Shown: positions 17,916 to 27,325 of the stretch, piece after piece
Numbering within the stretch: position 1 is the first letter of the stretch
Layout of the letters: every line of letters starts with the position of its first letter
Program-made: the position numbers and the translations under genes
Assembly: GCA_965201035.1 (NCBI GenBank)
Contig: OZ241750.1
Coordinates: 579,837-643,836, forward strand
DNA length: 64,000 nucleotides
Source: an uncultured Pseudohongiella sp.
GTDB lineage: Bacteria; Pseudomonadota; Gammaproteobacteria; Pseudomonadales; Pseudohongiellaceae
Direction of reading: 5' to 3'
Notes under the pieces: generated by a model
The model's input: only the letters and a program-made list of their open reading frames with translations
What the model was told of the DNA's origin: nothing
Databases searched by the model: none

Positions 17916-19283
17916 TCAAGCGCCGGCATGTTCCTTGCGTCGGGTGCGCATGGTGACGAATTCTTCGGCGAGCGTCGGGTGAATGCCTATGGTGCGGTCG
18001 AAGTCGGCCTTGGTGGCGCCGCAATTCATGGCGACGGAGAAACCTTGAACGAGTTCTCCCGCATCCGGTCCAACCATATGCAAGCCGATGACACGCTGGG
18101 AAGCCCGCTCGACCACAAGCTTGATCAGGGACAGTTCATCCCGACCACTCAGGCTGTGCTTCAACTGTTTGACCCGGGCGAGATAAACATCGCATTCCTT
18201 GCCCGCGGCCCTGGCTTCGGCTTCCGTGCGCCCCACAGTGGCGATGTTCGGCTGGCAAAAAACCGCGCTGGGCACATACTCGTAATCCATCCGCCCATCC
18301 CCACCGTCGAACAGGCGCCGCGCCAGCAATTGCCCTTCGGCGAGTGCCACGGGAGTCAAAGTGATTCGGTCGATTACATCGCCGACGGCAAAAACGCTTG
18401 GCTCCGCGGTCCGAAAATCGCCATCCACTTCGATAGCGCCATTCGACCGTGTCTTCACGCGGGTACGTTCTAAGCCGAGATCTTGCGTCAACGGTTTGCG
18501 CCCGGTTGCGCAGAGCACTTGGCCGACTTCGATTGCCAAGCCGGAATCAAGCCGCACCCGCAGGCGTGCGGAATCGACGCGGTCCACCCGTTCGATTGCC
18601 TGATTTAATTCGAGCCGCATGCGTCCGCCAAGTTCGGCGGTGATGAATTGGCGGATATCTTCATCGAAGCCCCGCAACAGTTTGTCGCGGCGGTAGACCA
18701 AGGTGACGGCAACGCCGAGGCCGCTGAGAATGCTGGCGAATTCGGCGGCGATATAACCGCCGCCATAGACGAGCATGGACTCCGGCAACTTGGGCAAATG
18801 GAACAAATCATCGGATGTCAGCGTTAACTCATTGCCTGGAAAAGGGCTTTTCCAAGGTTGGCCACCGACCGCCAGCAATATATGGCGGGCACTGCAACTG
18901 TCCCCGCCCAGTTTGATCCGATGCGGCCCCGCTAACCGTGCGCGCTCGGTGAAAACGCGGATGTTCCGGCTTTCCAGAATGACGCGGTAGATTCCGTTCA
19001 GGCGCTTGATTTCCTTGTTCTTATTGGCTAGCAAGTGGCCCCAGTCGAACTCGGGGCGACCCGGGTTCCAACCGAATCCGCGGCAATCTTTCCAGTTGTC
19101 AGCGTAGTGTGCCGCGTAGCTGAACAGTTTTTTCGGCACGCAGCCCAGATTGACGCAAGTGCCGCCGAATTCGCCTTCCTCGGCGACTGCCACCCGGGCA
19201 CCTAAATCGGCTGCCGTCCGTGCAGCCCGGACACCGCCGGAGCCAGCGCCGATAACAAATAAATCAAAATCGTGATCGCTCAA
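17916..19283 (-). CDS. gor: glutathione-disulfide reductase
   Basis: 455 aa with FAD motif GAGSGG, redox-active GGTCVNLGCVPKK and C-terminal HPTLAEEFVTM. Confidence 0.9.
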   Translation of the reverse strand: MSDHDFDLFVIGAGSGGVRAARTAADLGARVAVAEEGEFGGTCVNLGCVPKKLFSYAAHYADNWKDCRGFGWNPGRPEFDWGHLLANKNKEIKRLNGIYRVILESRNIRVFTERARLAGPHRIKLGGDSCSARHILLAVGGQPWKSPFPGNELTLTSDDLFHLPKLPESMLVYGGGYIAAEFASILSGLGVAVTLVYRRDKLLRGFDEDIRQFITAELGGRMRLELNQAIERVDRVDSARLRVRLDSGLAIEVGQVLCATGRKPLTQDLGLERTRVKTRSNGAIEVDGDFRTAEPSVFAVGDVIDRITLTPVALAEGQLLARRLFDGGDGRMDYEYVPSAVFCQPNIATVGRTEAEARAAGKECDVYLARVKQLKHSLSGRDELSLIKLVVERASQRVIGLHMVGPDAGELVQGFSVAMNCGATKADFDRTIGIHPTLAEEFVTMRTRRKEHAGA

Positions 19284-19627
19284 AGTTGCTCCAGGAAAAG
19301 TGGTTGCGCGACATCATCCGCCGGCGCGGCCTGCAAACAGTTCTCGATCGCGGTTTTCGCCGCGCCATCGGTTTCCCGCAATTGCACGCCGATTCCCCGC
19401 CGCGCCACCGCACCGGGGGGATTCACCCAGACCACCCTTCCGTCGACGGCTATGCGCTGCCGCGCGCCCGGCAGCAAAAGCAGCAGAAAAATCCGTTCTC
19501 CCAAGAAGCCGTCGTCGATATCCGGCACGAAAACCGCGCCGGAAAGAATGAACGGCATCCAGGTGGCCCGCAACGCTTGAAGATCATCATAACGAATTGG
19601 TAGTACTCTGCCCTTTTCGGATTGCAT
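19280..19627 (-). CDS. pilZ: type IV pilus assembly protein PilZ
   Basis: 115 aa. The stretch YMPF..G..F.P....LGE.IFLLL.L......V.G.VVW..P.GA....GIGVQ resembles P. aeruginosa PilZ, and the tmk-holB-pilZ order is conserved. Confidence 0.8.
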   Translation of the reverse strand: MQSEKGRVLPIRYDDLQALRATWMPFILSGAVFVPDIDDGFLGERIFLLLLLPGARQRIAVDGRVVWVNPPGAVARRGIGVQLRETDGAAKTAIENCLQAAPADDVAQPLFLEQL

Positions 19628-19647
19628 GGTTTACCCCTCTTGCCGGA

Positions 19648-20700
19648 TCAATCCATCCGACCCATTCCAAGCCCGCGCCAATGGCGGAAAACTCCCTCCA
19701 GCAAAAATTGCGGATTGGGATTCCCCGGCCCAATGAGCAATATTCTGGCCTCGGCCACCCGATACTGGAATTCGAGCAGCGACCGTAACAGGGCCGCCCC
19801 ACCCTCCCCGCCGGATGCCGTTGTCAGCTCCCGAATCGCGGCGGCGAGGGTGCGGTGGGTAGCGTCGCGCGGGTTGCCGTCGACCAGTCTCCGAGTCAAT
19901 ATAGTTGAGATTAAGGCCAAATGCCCAAAAAGTGTCGATGCTTCCGATTTCGCCGCGTCTTTCACGGCCTGCCGAAGGGGGACGCGTTCTTCAATCAGAT
20001 CCAACAGCATTTTCTGTGCCGAGAGGAAGCCAGCGATTTGCCTGCCCCCCGCCCCTTCGAGCAATCGTAATGGTTGATTGCCGAACGCCGCCAGCAACTC
20101 TTCGAGTTGTTCCGGGGTTTCATAGGCATCCTCGGGCAAGCGCTCGCGCAGCCAAGAGCCGGCGGTTCGCGAATCTGGTCGGGGCAGCGGCAGCAACCGG
20201 CAGCGGCTGCGGATGGTGGGCAGGAAACCACCGGGACTGCCGCCCGTTAGCAGCAAATAGCTGTTTTCAGCGGGTTCTTCCAGGGTTTTCAAGAGCGCGT
20301 TTGAAGCCGCGAGGGTCATGCGCTCGGCGCGTAAAATCACCGCGACGCGACCTTTACCGGCGAAACTGCTGCGGCTGAGAAATTCGCCGATTGCCCGAAC
20401 GCCGGCGATACCGATGTCTTTCCTGCCCTCGTCCGGTTGCACCGGCAGCAAGTCCGGGTGATGTTCGGCCCCGCCCGCTCGACAGCTGCGGCACTGGTAG
20501 CAAGCGCGTCCGTCGACGGGACTATGGCAGAGTAGAAATTTGCCGAATTCGAGGGCGAAGCCGGCGCGTCCGGTGCCCGCTTCGCCGTAAATCAATTGGG
20601 CATGGGCTAGTTTGCCCGCCTGCCGTTCGGCGCAAAGCCGCCGCCAGCAGGGTTCCTGCCAAGGCCACGGCGGGCGCGGCGATTCTTCAAGCAGGCTCAT
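19648..20700 (-). CDS. holB: DNA polymerase III subunit delta'
   Basis: 350 aa with PWQE...LAHAQLIYGEAGTGR and a Cys-rich zinc module (CHSPVDGRACYQCRSC). Tmk lies upstream, and the start overlaps the tmk stop. Confidence 0.85.
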   Translation of the reverse strand: MSLLEESPRPPWPWQEPCWRRLCAERQAGKLAHAQLIYGEAGTGRAGFALEFGKFLLCHSPVDGRACYQCRSCRAGGAEHHPDLLPVQPDEGRKDIGIAGVRAIGEFLSRSSFAGKGRVAVILRAERMTLAASNALLKTLEEPAENSYLLLTGGSPGGFLPTIRSRCRLLPLPRPDSRTAGSWLRERLPEDAYETPEQLEELLAAFGNQPLRLLEGAGGRQIAGFLSAQKMLLDLIEERVPLRQAVKDAAKSEASTLFGHLALISTILTRRLVDGNPRDATHRTLAAAIRELTTASGGEGGAALLRSLLEFQYRVAEARILLIGPGNPNPQFLLEGVFRHWRGLGMGRMD

Positions 20701-21326
20701 TTCAGCTCCGGCAACCTGTCGCGCACGGCTCGGCGCAATAGCGCGCCAACGCCCGCGGCGTCTCGCGAAGCATCGATCACCACGCAGCGTTCCGGCTCCG
20801 CCCGCGCGATCGCCAGGTATCCTTCCCTCACCCGCCGATGGAATTCAATGGTCTCGTTTTCGATGCGATCGAGCGCGCCGTGCCGGCGGATCCGCGCCAG
20901 GCCTTTTTCGGGCGGCAGGTCGAAGATGATGGTGAGATCAGGCCGCAGGTTTCCCTGCACCATAGTCTGCAAGTCGGCAACCATCGCCCGGCCCAAGCCC
21001 CGGCCGGCACCCTGATAGGCGAAGCTGGCGTCGGTGAAGCGGTCGCAGATCACCCACCGGCCTTGTTCCAGCGCGGGCTGAATGCGTTTCGCCACATGAT
21101 CCGCCCTGGCGGCGAAAATCAGCAACAATTCCGCCAAGGCGGCGGGATCATCATCCGCGCTGTCGAGCAGCAATGAGCGAATGTTTTCGGCGGTCGGCGT
21201 TCCCCCCGGTTCTCTGGTCCGCAGATGATCGATGCCCTGCTCCCGCAGCATTTCGCAGAGAATGGCGATATTGGTGCTCTTGCCCACCCCCTCAACCCCT
21301 TCAACCGTAATGAATTTGCCTTTCAT
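20697..21326 (-). CDS. tmk: dTMP (thymidylate) kinase
   Basis: ATG at 21326 gives MKGKFITVEGVEGVGKST (P-loop). The ORF-track start at 21395 adds 23 non-homologous residues. Confidence 0.9.
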   Translation of the reverse strand: MKGKFITVEGVEGVGKSTNIAILCEMLREQGIDHLRTREPGGTPTAENIRSLLLDSADDDPAALAELLLIFAARADHVAKRIQPALEQGRWVICDRFTDASFAYQGAGRGLGRAMVADLQTMVQGNLRPDLTIIFDLPPEKGLARIRRHGALDRIENETIEFHRRVREGYLAIARAEPERCVVIDASRDAAGVGALLRRAVRDRLPELK

Positions 21327-21361
21327 GGGGCTTCCAGTATTGGCGAGGTCAATTTTTTCGG

Positions 21362-22447
21362 TTACCGACTCAATGGATTCGACGGCTTGGGGCAATCGAT
21401 CGTTTGCCGTCGGCGCTGATAGCAGTCCACAGCCACGTTATGCTCGTCCAGGGTCGCGGAAAAATAGTGGCCGCCGTCATTCGTTGCAACAAAATACAAA
21501 TAATCGGACGGGGTCGGACGCATGGCGGCACGGATCGAACTGAGTCCCGCCAAGGCGATCGGCGTCGGCGGCAGGCCATTGACGCGATAAGTATTGTAGG
21601 GCGTGGTTCGGGCGAGATCCGTGGCGCGCAAATCGCCGTCAAATTCCGCGCCGATACCATAGATCACCGTCGGGTCGGACTGTAGCCGCATATCGAGCTG
21701 CAGGCGGCGCGCGAATACCCCCGCGATCAGGCCGCGCTGCCAGTTGTTCGCCGCTTCTTTTTCAACAATCGAAGCGAGGATCAATGCCTCGTAGGGTGTC
21801 TCCCAAGGTGCCGCCACGGCGCGCGCTTTCCATTCGCGCTCCAGCGTTTCGCGCAGTTTGGCGTTGGCGCGCCGCAGAATCCGCAAATCGCTGTCGCCGG
21901 CGGGATAGTAGTAGGTATCCGGGAAAATCATGCCCTCGGGGGAAGAGACATTCAACTCCAAGGCCTGGGCCACCGCCTCTGGAGATAGATCACTGAGTTC
22001 TTTCGTGATGCCCGGGGCGGCGTGGATTTCCGCCAACGCCTGCGCGAAAGTCCAGCCCTCGACAATCGTGAGACGGTATTGCCGGGTATCGCCGGTGACG
22101 AACATTGTCAGCAGTTCGGCGGGCGAGGCGTGGGCGGGAAGCAGATATTCGCCTCGCTGGATGGCGTGTTCGGCACCCCGCAGCCGGGCCAGCCATTCAA
22201 AGGCCAGCGGGAATTCGATTATGCCCCGCTGACGCAGCTCCCGACTCAGCGTCGTCAAAGGCGTGCCGGCGGCGATGGTAAGTGTCTGCTCATTCGGCAG
22301 TGTTGATAGCGGTCGCTGGAGGTATTGCTGTACCAATGCGGCGCACAACAGCAATGATAGCGGCAACAGCAATAAGGGAAACAGCAGCCAACCGCGCTTC
22401 GGGCGGCTGCGGGAATCAGTCGAAGCGACGGAAAACCAGCGAGCCAT
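21362..22447 (-). CDS. mltG: endolytic murein transglycosylase MltG (YceG-like); start uncertain
   Basis: A single N-terminal TM (WLLFPLLLLPLSLLLCAALV) followed by a YceG domain (TIVEGWT..., EALILASIVEKEA). ATG at 22447 overlaps the last 32 nt of fabF, and there is no other in-frame start before the TM helix. Confidence 0.82.
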   Translation of the reverse strand: MARWFSVASTDSRSRPKRGWLLFPLLLLPLSLLLCAALVQQYLQRPLSTLPNEQTLTIAAGTPLTTLSRELRQRGIIEFPLAFEWLARLRGAEHAIQRGEYLLPAHASPAELLTMFVTGDTRQYRLTIVEGWTFAQALAEIHAAPGITKELSDLSPEAVAQALELNVSSPEGMIFPDTYYYPAGDSDLRILRRANAKLRETLEREWKARAVAAPWETPYEALILASIVEKEAANNWQRGLIAGVFARRLQLDMRLQSDPTVIYGIGAEFDGDLRATDLARTTPYNTYRVNGLPPTPIALAGLSSIRAAMRPTPSDYLYFVATNDGGHYFSATLDEHNVAVDCYQRRRQTIDCPKPSNPLSR

Positions 22448-23657
22448 TCGTGCCGCCGAAGCCGAAAGAGTTGCTGAGAGCGACCCGGATATCCTGCTCC
22501 CGACCGACATGGGGCACATAATCGAGATCGCAGCCCACGTCGGGTTCGTCCAGATTGATTGTTGGCGGCGCGAAACCGTCGCGCAGGGCGAGAATCGAAA
22601 TAATCGCTTCCACCGAGCCCGCCGCGCCAAGCAGATGGCCGATCATCGACTTGCTGGAGCTGATGCAAAGTTTGTGCGCGTGGTCACCGAAAACTTTTTT
22701 GATCGCTTCGGTTTCGGCGATATCGCCGGCAACCGTCGATGTGCCGTGGGCATTGATATAGTCTACCTCGTTGGGATGGATGCCCGCGTCGCGCAGGGCA
22801 TTGCCCATGCAGGATGCCGCGCCCGCGCCGCCGGGCGCCGGGGCGGTGGCGTGATGGGCATCCCCGCTCATACCGAATCCCGCTAATTCAGCGAGAATTT
22901 CAACACCCCTGGATTTGGCGTGTTCGAGTTCCTCCAAAACCAATGCGCCGGCGCCGTCGCCCAAGACGAAGCCGTCCCGCTCCCGATCCCAGGGGCGGCT
23001 GGCCCGTGTCGGCTCGTCGTTGCGGGTGGATAGCGCCCTGGCGGCGCAGAAACCGCCGAGCCCCACTGGACAGGTCGCCATTTCGGCGCCGCCCGCAAGC
23101 ATGATTTCAGCTTGACCGCAGCGGATCATATTGGCTGCCAAGCCGAGATTATGGGTGCCGGTGGCGCAGGCCGTGCTAACGGCGATGTTCGGCCCCCGCA
23201 GATTGAACTGAATCGATAAATTGCCGGCGATCATGTTGATGATCGAACCCGGCACAAAGAACGGGCTGACCCTGCGCGGACCGTCGTCGCGGATTTGCAG
23301 AGATGTTTTTTCGATGGCGTCGATGCCGCCGATGCCGGAGCCAATGGCGACGCCGGCGCGCTCGGGCTGCCATTGGCTATCGTTCAATCCCGCGTCCCGC
23401 ATGGCTTGGATGCCGGCGGTGATGCCGTAGTGAATGAAAGTATCCATGCGGCGGGCTTCTCTCTGGGAGATGTATTTGCCGCAATCGAAATTCTTCACCA
23501 TGCCGCCGAAACGGGTCGAAAATCTGCTGGCGTCGAAACCCTTGATCGGGCCGATACCACTCTCGCCCCTGCGCAAGCCATCCCAGCTTGCCGTCACGGA
23601 AACACCGAGAGGGCTGACCATGCCCATTCCGGTAACCACGACCCGCCTGTGGTTCAA
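22416..23657 (-). CDS. fabF: beta-ketoacyl-ACP synthase II
   Basis: 413 aa, MNHRRVVVTGMGMVSPLG..., with the active-site region STACATG and C-terminal SNSFGFGGTNGSLVF. Confidence 0.93.
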   Translation of the reverse strand: MNHRRVVVTGMGMVSPLGVSVTASWDGLRRGESGIGPIKGFDASRFSTRFGGMVKNFDCGKYISQREARRMDTFIHYGITAGIQAMRDAGLNDSQWQPERAGVAIGSGIGGIDAIEKTSLQIRDDGPRRVSPFFVPGSIINMIAGNLSIQFNLRGPNIAVSTACATGTHNLGLAANMIRCGQAEIMLAGGAEMATCPVGLGGFCAARALSTRNDEPTRASRPWDRERDGFVLGDGAGALVLEELEHAKSRGVEILAELAGFGMSGDAHHATAPAPGGAGAASCMGNALRDAGIHPNEVDYINAHGTSTVAGDIAETEAIKKVFGDHAHKLCISSSKSMIGHLLGAAGSVEAIISILALRDGFAPPTINLDEPDVGCDLDYVPHVGREQDIRVALSNSFGFGGTNGSLVFRRFD

Positions 23658-23685
23658 AGCGCGATCCTCGACTGGGGAGAAACAG

Positions 23686-23717
23686 AAAAAGCTACCCGGA
23701 CGTCAACCGGGATAGCT
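23686..23717 (-). terminator. candidate rho-independent (possibly partial) terminator downstream of acpP
   Basis: On the minus strand, AGCTATCCCGG-TTGACGT-CCGGGTAGCT forms a 10-bp stem with one bulge, followed by TTTTTCTGTTT. Confidence 0.5.
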
Positions 23718-23739
23718 TGGATTTCGGCTGCGCGGAAGT

Positions 23740-23994
23740 CTACAGGTGATTTCGGATGTAATCACATGCAGATTGGACGGTGGTGATTTTTTCCGCGTCA
23801 TCATCGGGAATTTCGGTTTCGAATTCCTCTTCCAGGGCCATAACCAGCTCAACTGTATCAAGGGAGTCGGCGCCCAGGTCTTCCACGAAGGAAGCTGAGG
23901 GTTTAACGTCCTCCGCCTTGACACCGAGTTGATCGCAGACAATTTCCTTGACGCGCTCGTCAATTCGCTTATCGCGTTCGTCATTGTTAGCCAT
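23740..23994 (-). CDS. acpP: acyl carrier protein
   Basis: 84 aa with the phosphopantetheine attachment motif [19 protein letters not shown]. Confidence 0.95.
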   Translation of the reverse strand: MANNDERDKRIDERVKEIVCDQLGVKAEDVKPSASFVEDLGADSLDTVELVMALEEEFETEIPDDDAEKITTVQSACDYIRNHL

Positions 23995-24135
23995 ATCTGT
24001 TTCAGCTCCTGAAATCGTCGATTAAACAGCGGCAAAGCATCTGCACCGGGAAACGACGCCGGTCGTAATCCGATCGATCACCCCGCCGGTGCGCCAATTT
24101 TACCGCTATTTGCTTTCGATGTAATGCACCAATGC

Positions 24136-24157
24136 AAAAAATGCCCCGCCGGGGCGT
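24136..24157 (-). terminator. candidate rho-independent terminator downstream of fabG
   Basis: On the minus strand, a GC stem GCCCC-GGC-GGGGC (extendable to 7 bp) is followed by TTTTTT. It lies about 30 nt after the fabG stop. Confidence 0.45.
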
Positions 24158-24185
24158 CCTATGGGATGCCTTGCCGAATTCAAGG

Positions 24186-24932
24186 TCAGGCCAGATACAT
24201 CCCACCGTTCACATGCACGGTCTCTCCCGTGATGTATGCGCCGCCATCGGAGGCGAGAAATCCTACCAAGGCGGCAACTTCGTCCGGGCGACCAAAGCGC
24301 CGCAGAGGAATTTGCTCCAACATGCCGCGAACGTTTGCTTCCGGTAATGCTTTGGTCATGTCGGTTTCGATAAATCCCGGGGCAACCGCATTGACGGTGA
24401 TGCCGCGAGAGCCGACCTCTTTGGCGAGAGCGCGAGTGAATCCTTCGATGCCGGCCTTCGCCGCGCAGTAATTGCTTTGCCCGGGATTGCCGCTCGATGC
24501 CACCACCGAGCTGATATTGATGATTCTTCCCCATCGGGCCCGCGTCATGGGCTTGAGACAAGCCTTGACCACCCGGAACAGCGAATTGAGATTGGTGTTG
24601 ACGACTTCATTCCATTCTTGCTCGTTCATGCGCAGCAATAGATTGTCGCGGGTGATGCCGGCATTGTTGACCACTACCGCCGGCGCGCCGAGGCCACCCC
24701 GCAGGGTTTGCATCAACTGATCCACCGATTCATTCGAGCCGATGTCCACGCGCAGACCGGCTCCGGGAATATCCCGCTCCCGCAACCAAGAGGAAATGCC
24801 CTCGGCGCCCGCGTCCGTGGTGGCGGTGCCGGCAACAGCGAACCCCCGCCGACCCAGCTCAAGCGCGATGGATTTGCCGATGCCCCTGCTGGCACCGGTA
24901 ACCAGCGCCACTGCGGTAGTTGAGTCTGGCAT
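24186..24932 (-). CDS. fabG: 3-oxoacyl-ACP reductase
   Basis: 248 aa SDR with TGASRGIG, NNAGI and YCAAKAG, in fab cluster context. Confidence 0.93.
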   Translation of the reverse strand: MPDSTTAVALVTGASRGIGKSIALELGRRGFAVAGTATTDAGAEGISSWLRERDIPGAGLRVDIGSNESVDQLMQTLRGGLGAPAVVVNNAGITRDNLLLRMNEQEWNEVVNTNLNSLFRVVKACLKPMTRARWGRIINISSVVASSGNPGQSNYCAAKAGIEGFTRALAKEVGSRGITVNAVAPGFIETDMTKALPEANVRGMLEQIPLRRFGRPDEVAALVGFLASDGGAYITGETVHVNGGMYLA

Positions 24933-25024
24933 GAATGGTTACGCTCTGTGCCCGAAGTTGCTCTGTACTCGTTGTTCGGCGCTGGACCGACGGTTCGGGG
25001 CGACCGGGAATTATACCCGAATTG

Positions 25025-25966
25025 TCATGCTGTTTCGGCTGCCGCCCGTTCGAGGCTGTCCGGTTCATCGCAGTTCCAGGTGGCGACCCGCGGGGCTATA
25101 CGCTTGATCAGGCCATTCAAAACCTTGCCGGGACCGCATTCGACGATCGCGTCGATACCGGTCGCGGTCATAGTTTCAATACAGTCCATCCAGCGCACGG
25201 GCTCGCACAATTGCACCGCCAAATTGCGCCGAATTTCATCTGGATCGCCGCTGGCGCGACCGGTGACGTTCTGCACGACGGGAATCGCCGCAGGCCGAAA
25301 ATCCAGCTTCGCCAACTCTATCTCCAAGCGCGATTTGGCGGGCGCCATCAATTCGCAATGGGAAGGCACCGACATTTGCAACGGCAGCACCCGCTTCGCC
25401 CCCGCTTCGCGGCATAACTCCCCGGCGCGGCTCACCGCCGCGGCGTCGCCGGCGATCACGGTCTGAATCGGCGAATTAAAATTGGCCGCGGAAACATTGC
25501 CCACCCCCTCCTCCGCCACGGCGGCACACAATCTCTCCAAACGCTCGGTGTCGAGACCGATCACCGCCGCCATGCCGCCCGCACCGGCGGGCACGGCTTC
25601 CTGCATGAATTTACCCCGTTTGTGTACCAGCTCGACCGCCGCATCGAAATCAATCACGCCGGCCGCCATGAGAGCGGAATACTCTCCCAAACTATGCCCC
25701 GCAAGCAGTGCAGGTTCCCTTCCGCTCCGCTCGCGCCAAAGCCGCCATAATGCGATGCTGGCCGCTAGCAGAGCCGGCTGCGTGTATGCTGTTTGATCGA
25801 GCAGCCCGTTGCGGTCGAACTGAACCAAATCCCATAAATCCAGTCCAATCGCGGCGGATGCTTCCGCGAAGGTTTCTTCAACGATGCTGTATTCGGCGGC
25901 CAGGCCGCCCAGCATTCCGCGGCGCTGCGAGCCCTGCCCGGGAAAAACAATGGCGAGTTTCGGCAT
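25025..25966 (-). CDS. fabD: malonyl CoA-ACP transacylase
   Basis: ATG at 25966 gives MPKLAIVFPGQGSQ. The active site is GHSLGEYSAL. The ORF-track start at 26098 overlaps plsX. Confidence 0.9.
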   Translation of the reverse strand: MPKLAIVFPGQGSQRRGMLGGLAAEYSIVEETFAEASAAIGLDLWDLVQFDRNGLLDQTAYTQPALLAASIALWRLWRERSGREPALLAGHSLGEYSALMAAGVIDFDAAVELVHKRGKFMQEAVPAGAGGMAAVIGLDTERLERLCAAVAEEGVGNVSAANFNSPIQTVIAGDAAAVSRAGELCREAGAKRVLPLQMSVPSHCELMAPAKSRLEIELAKLDFRPAAIPVVQNVTGRASGDPDEIRRNLAVQLCEPVRWMDCIETMTATGIDAIVECGPGKVLNGLIKRIAPRVATWNCDEPDSLERAAAETA

Positions 25967-26004
25967 GGCTGCAATCGTGGTGGGTAATTGATTCGCGGAC
26001 GCAG

Positions 26005-27024
26005 TCAGGCGGCGGCCAGCACGGCCTCGACCTTGGTTGAAATCAGATGGGGAACTTGCCCATCGATTTCGCTGGCGGCTTCGAGGATCGCCTGGCAAAA
26101 CCCAAGCACTGAGGTATTGCCGTGGCTTTTGACGATATTGCCTTGCAATCCAAGCAGGCAGGCGCCGTTGAAGCGCTCGGGGTTGATCTGTGTAGTCAGC
26201 GAGTTGATGATCGAAGCCGAAAAGATTCTCGAAATGCTGTTGAGCAATCGGGGGCCGGATTTGTGGTAGAGCACATTGCGGATCACATTGGCGACACCCG
26301 CCGAGGCTTTGATCGTGACATTGCCGACAAACCCGTCGCAGACCACGACATCGGCCAGGCCTCGGTAAATCTCATTCGCTTCCACGAATCCGACGTAATC
26401 GATCGCGGCGCAGCGCTCGAGTTTGGCGGCCGCCGCGCGCACCGCTTCAGTGCCTTTGTAGTGTTCCGCGCCGATATTCAGCAACCCCACTTTGGCGGGG
26501 GCGCGATTCACGCTTTCCGCTAGCGCCGAACCCATTATCGCGAACTCGAAAAGATGCTGCGCACCGCATTCTGGATTGGCGCCGACATCCAGCAGAAAAG
26601 CTTGTCTCCCGGCGCCGGGAATCGAAGCGACCATAGCGGGCCTTTGAATTCCGGGGATGGTTTTCAGCAAATGCCGCCCGATCATCAGCAAGGCGCCGGA
26701 ATTGCCGGCGCTGACCATGGCTTGGGCTTCGCCGCTTTTGACCATATCCGCCGCCAGAAACATGGAACTTTCCCGCGCGCCCCGCAGTACCGATTCCGGG
26801 CGGTCGTCATCGGAGATTTCCTGTCCGGTATGCAGAACCCCCAATTTTCGGCGCTGGGACTGCGGAACCCTCGCCAGCAGTGGGTCGATTCGGCCGCGGT
26901 CACCGACCAGCACCAATTCAAAATCGCCGCGCCGCTCCAAGATGCGGGAGGCGGCAGGAACAGTAACCGCCACGCCTTGGTCTCCGCCCATGGCATCGAT
27001 GGCTATGCGTCGCGGAGATTTCAA
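26005..27024 (-). CDS. plsX: phosphate acyltransferase PlsX
   Basis: 339 aa with IAIDAMGGD and VSAGNSGAL, downstream of rpmF. Confidence 0.9.
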   Translation of the reverse strand: MKSPRRIAIDAMGGDQGVAVTVPAASRILERRGDFELVLVGDRGRIDPLLARVPQSQRRKLGVLHTGQEISDDDRPESVLRGARESSMFLAADMVKSGEAQAMVSAGNSGALLMIGRHLLKTIPGIQRPAMVASIPGAGRQAFLLDVGANPECGAQHLFEFAIMGSALAESVNRAPAKVGLLNIGAEHYKGTEAVRAAAAKLERCAAIDYVGFVEANEIYRGLADVVVCDGFVGNVTIKASAGVANVIRNVLYHKSGPRLLNSISRIFSASIINSLTTQINPERFNGACLLGLQGNIVKSHGNTSVLGFCQAILEAASEIDGQVPHLISTKVEAVLAAA

Positions 27025-27200
27025 TCTTGTTCGGTCTCGATGACTTTACGACCCTTATAAAATCCATCCGCGGTGAGATGATGTCGGCGGTGGAATTCCC
27101 CCGAAACTTGATCCATCGACAGGGTCGGACTGCGCAGGGAATCGTGGGTGCGGCGTTTGTTCCGTTTCGACCTGGATACTTTGTTTTGTTGGACGGCCAT
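27021..27200 (-). CDS. rpmF: 50S ribosomal protein L32
   Basis: ATG at 27200 gives [20 protein letters not shown], the canonical L32 N-terminus. The ORF-track start adds 15 residues. Confidence 0.9.
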   Translation of the reverse strand: MAVQQNKVSRSKRNKRRTHDSLRSPTLSMDQVSGEFHRRHHLTADGFYKGRKVIETEQD

Positions 27201-27292
27201 AGTGGCTCCCGGCTGTCGCCGCGCCAGCGGCGGTTTGAAAATCAATCAAGTGTCGGTGCCCGACTGTCCAAGCACACGAAGCAAGGCGCGCA

Positions 27293-27321
27293 ATAATAGG
27301 GGGCGAACTGCCCCATGTCAA
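27293..27321 (-). promoter_or_regulatory. near-consensus sigma70-type promoter candidate for rpmF-plsX-fab
   Basis: The minus strand reads TTGACA (27321-27316), a 17-nt spacer, then TATTAT (27298-27293). It begins 5 nt after the rluC stop and lies about 93 nt upstream of the rpmF ATG. Confidence 0.45.
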
Positions 27322-27325
27322 AAAC

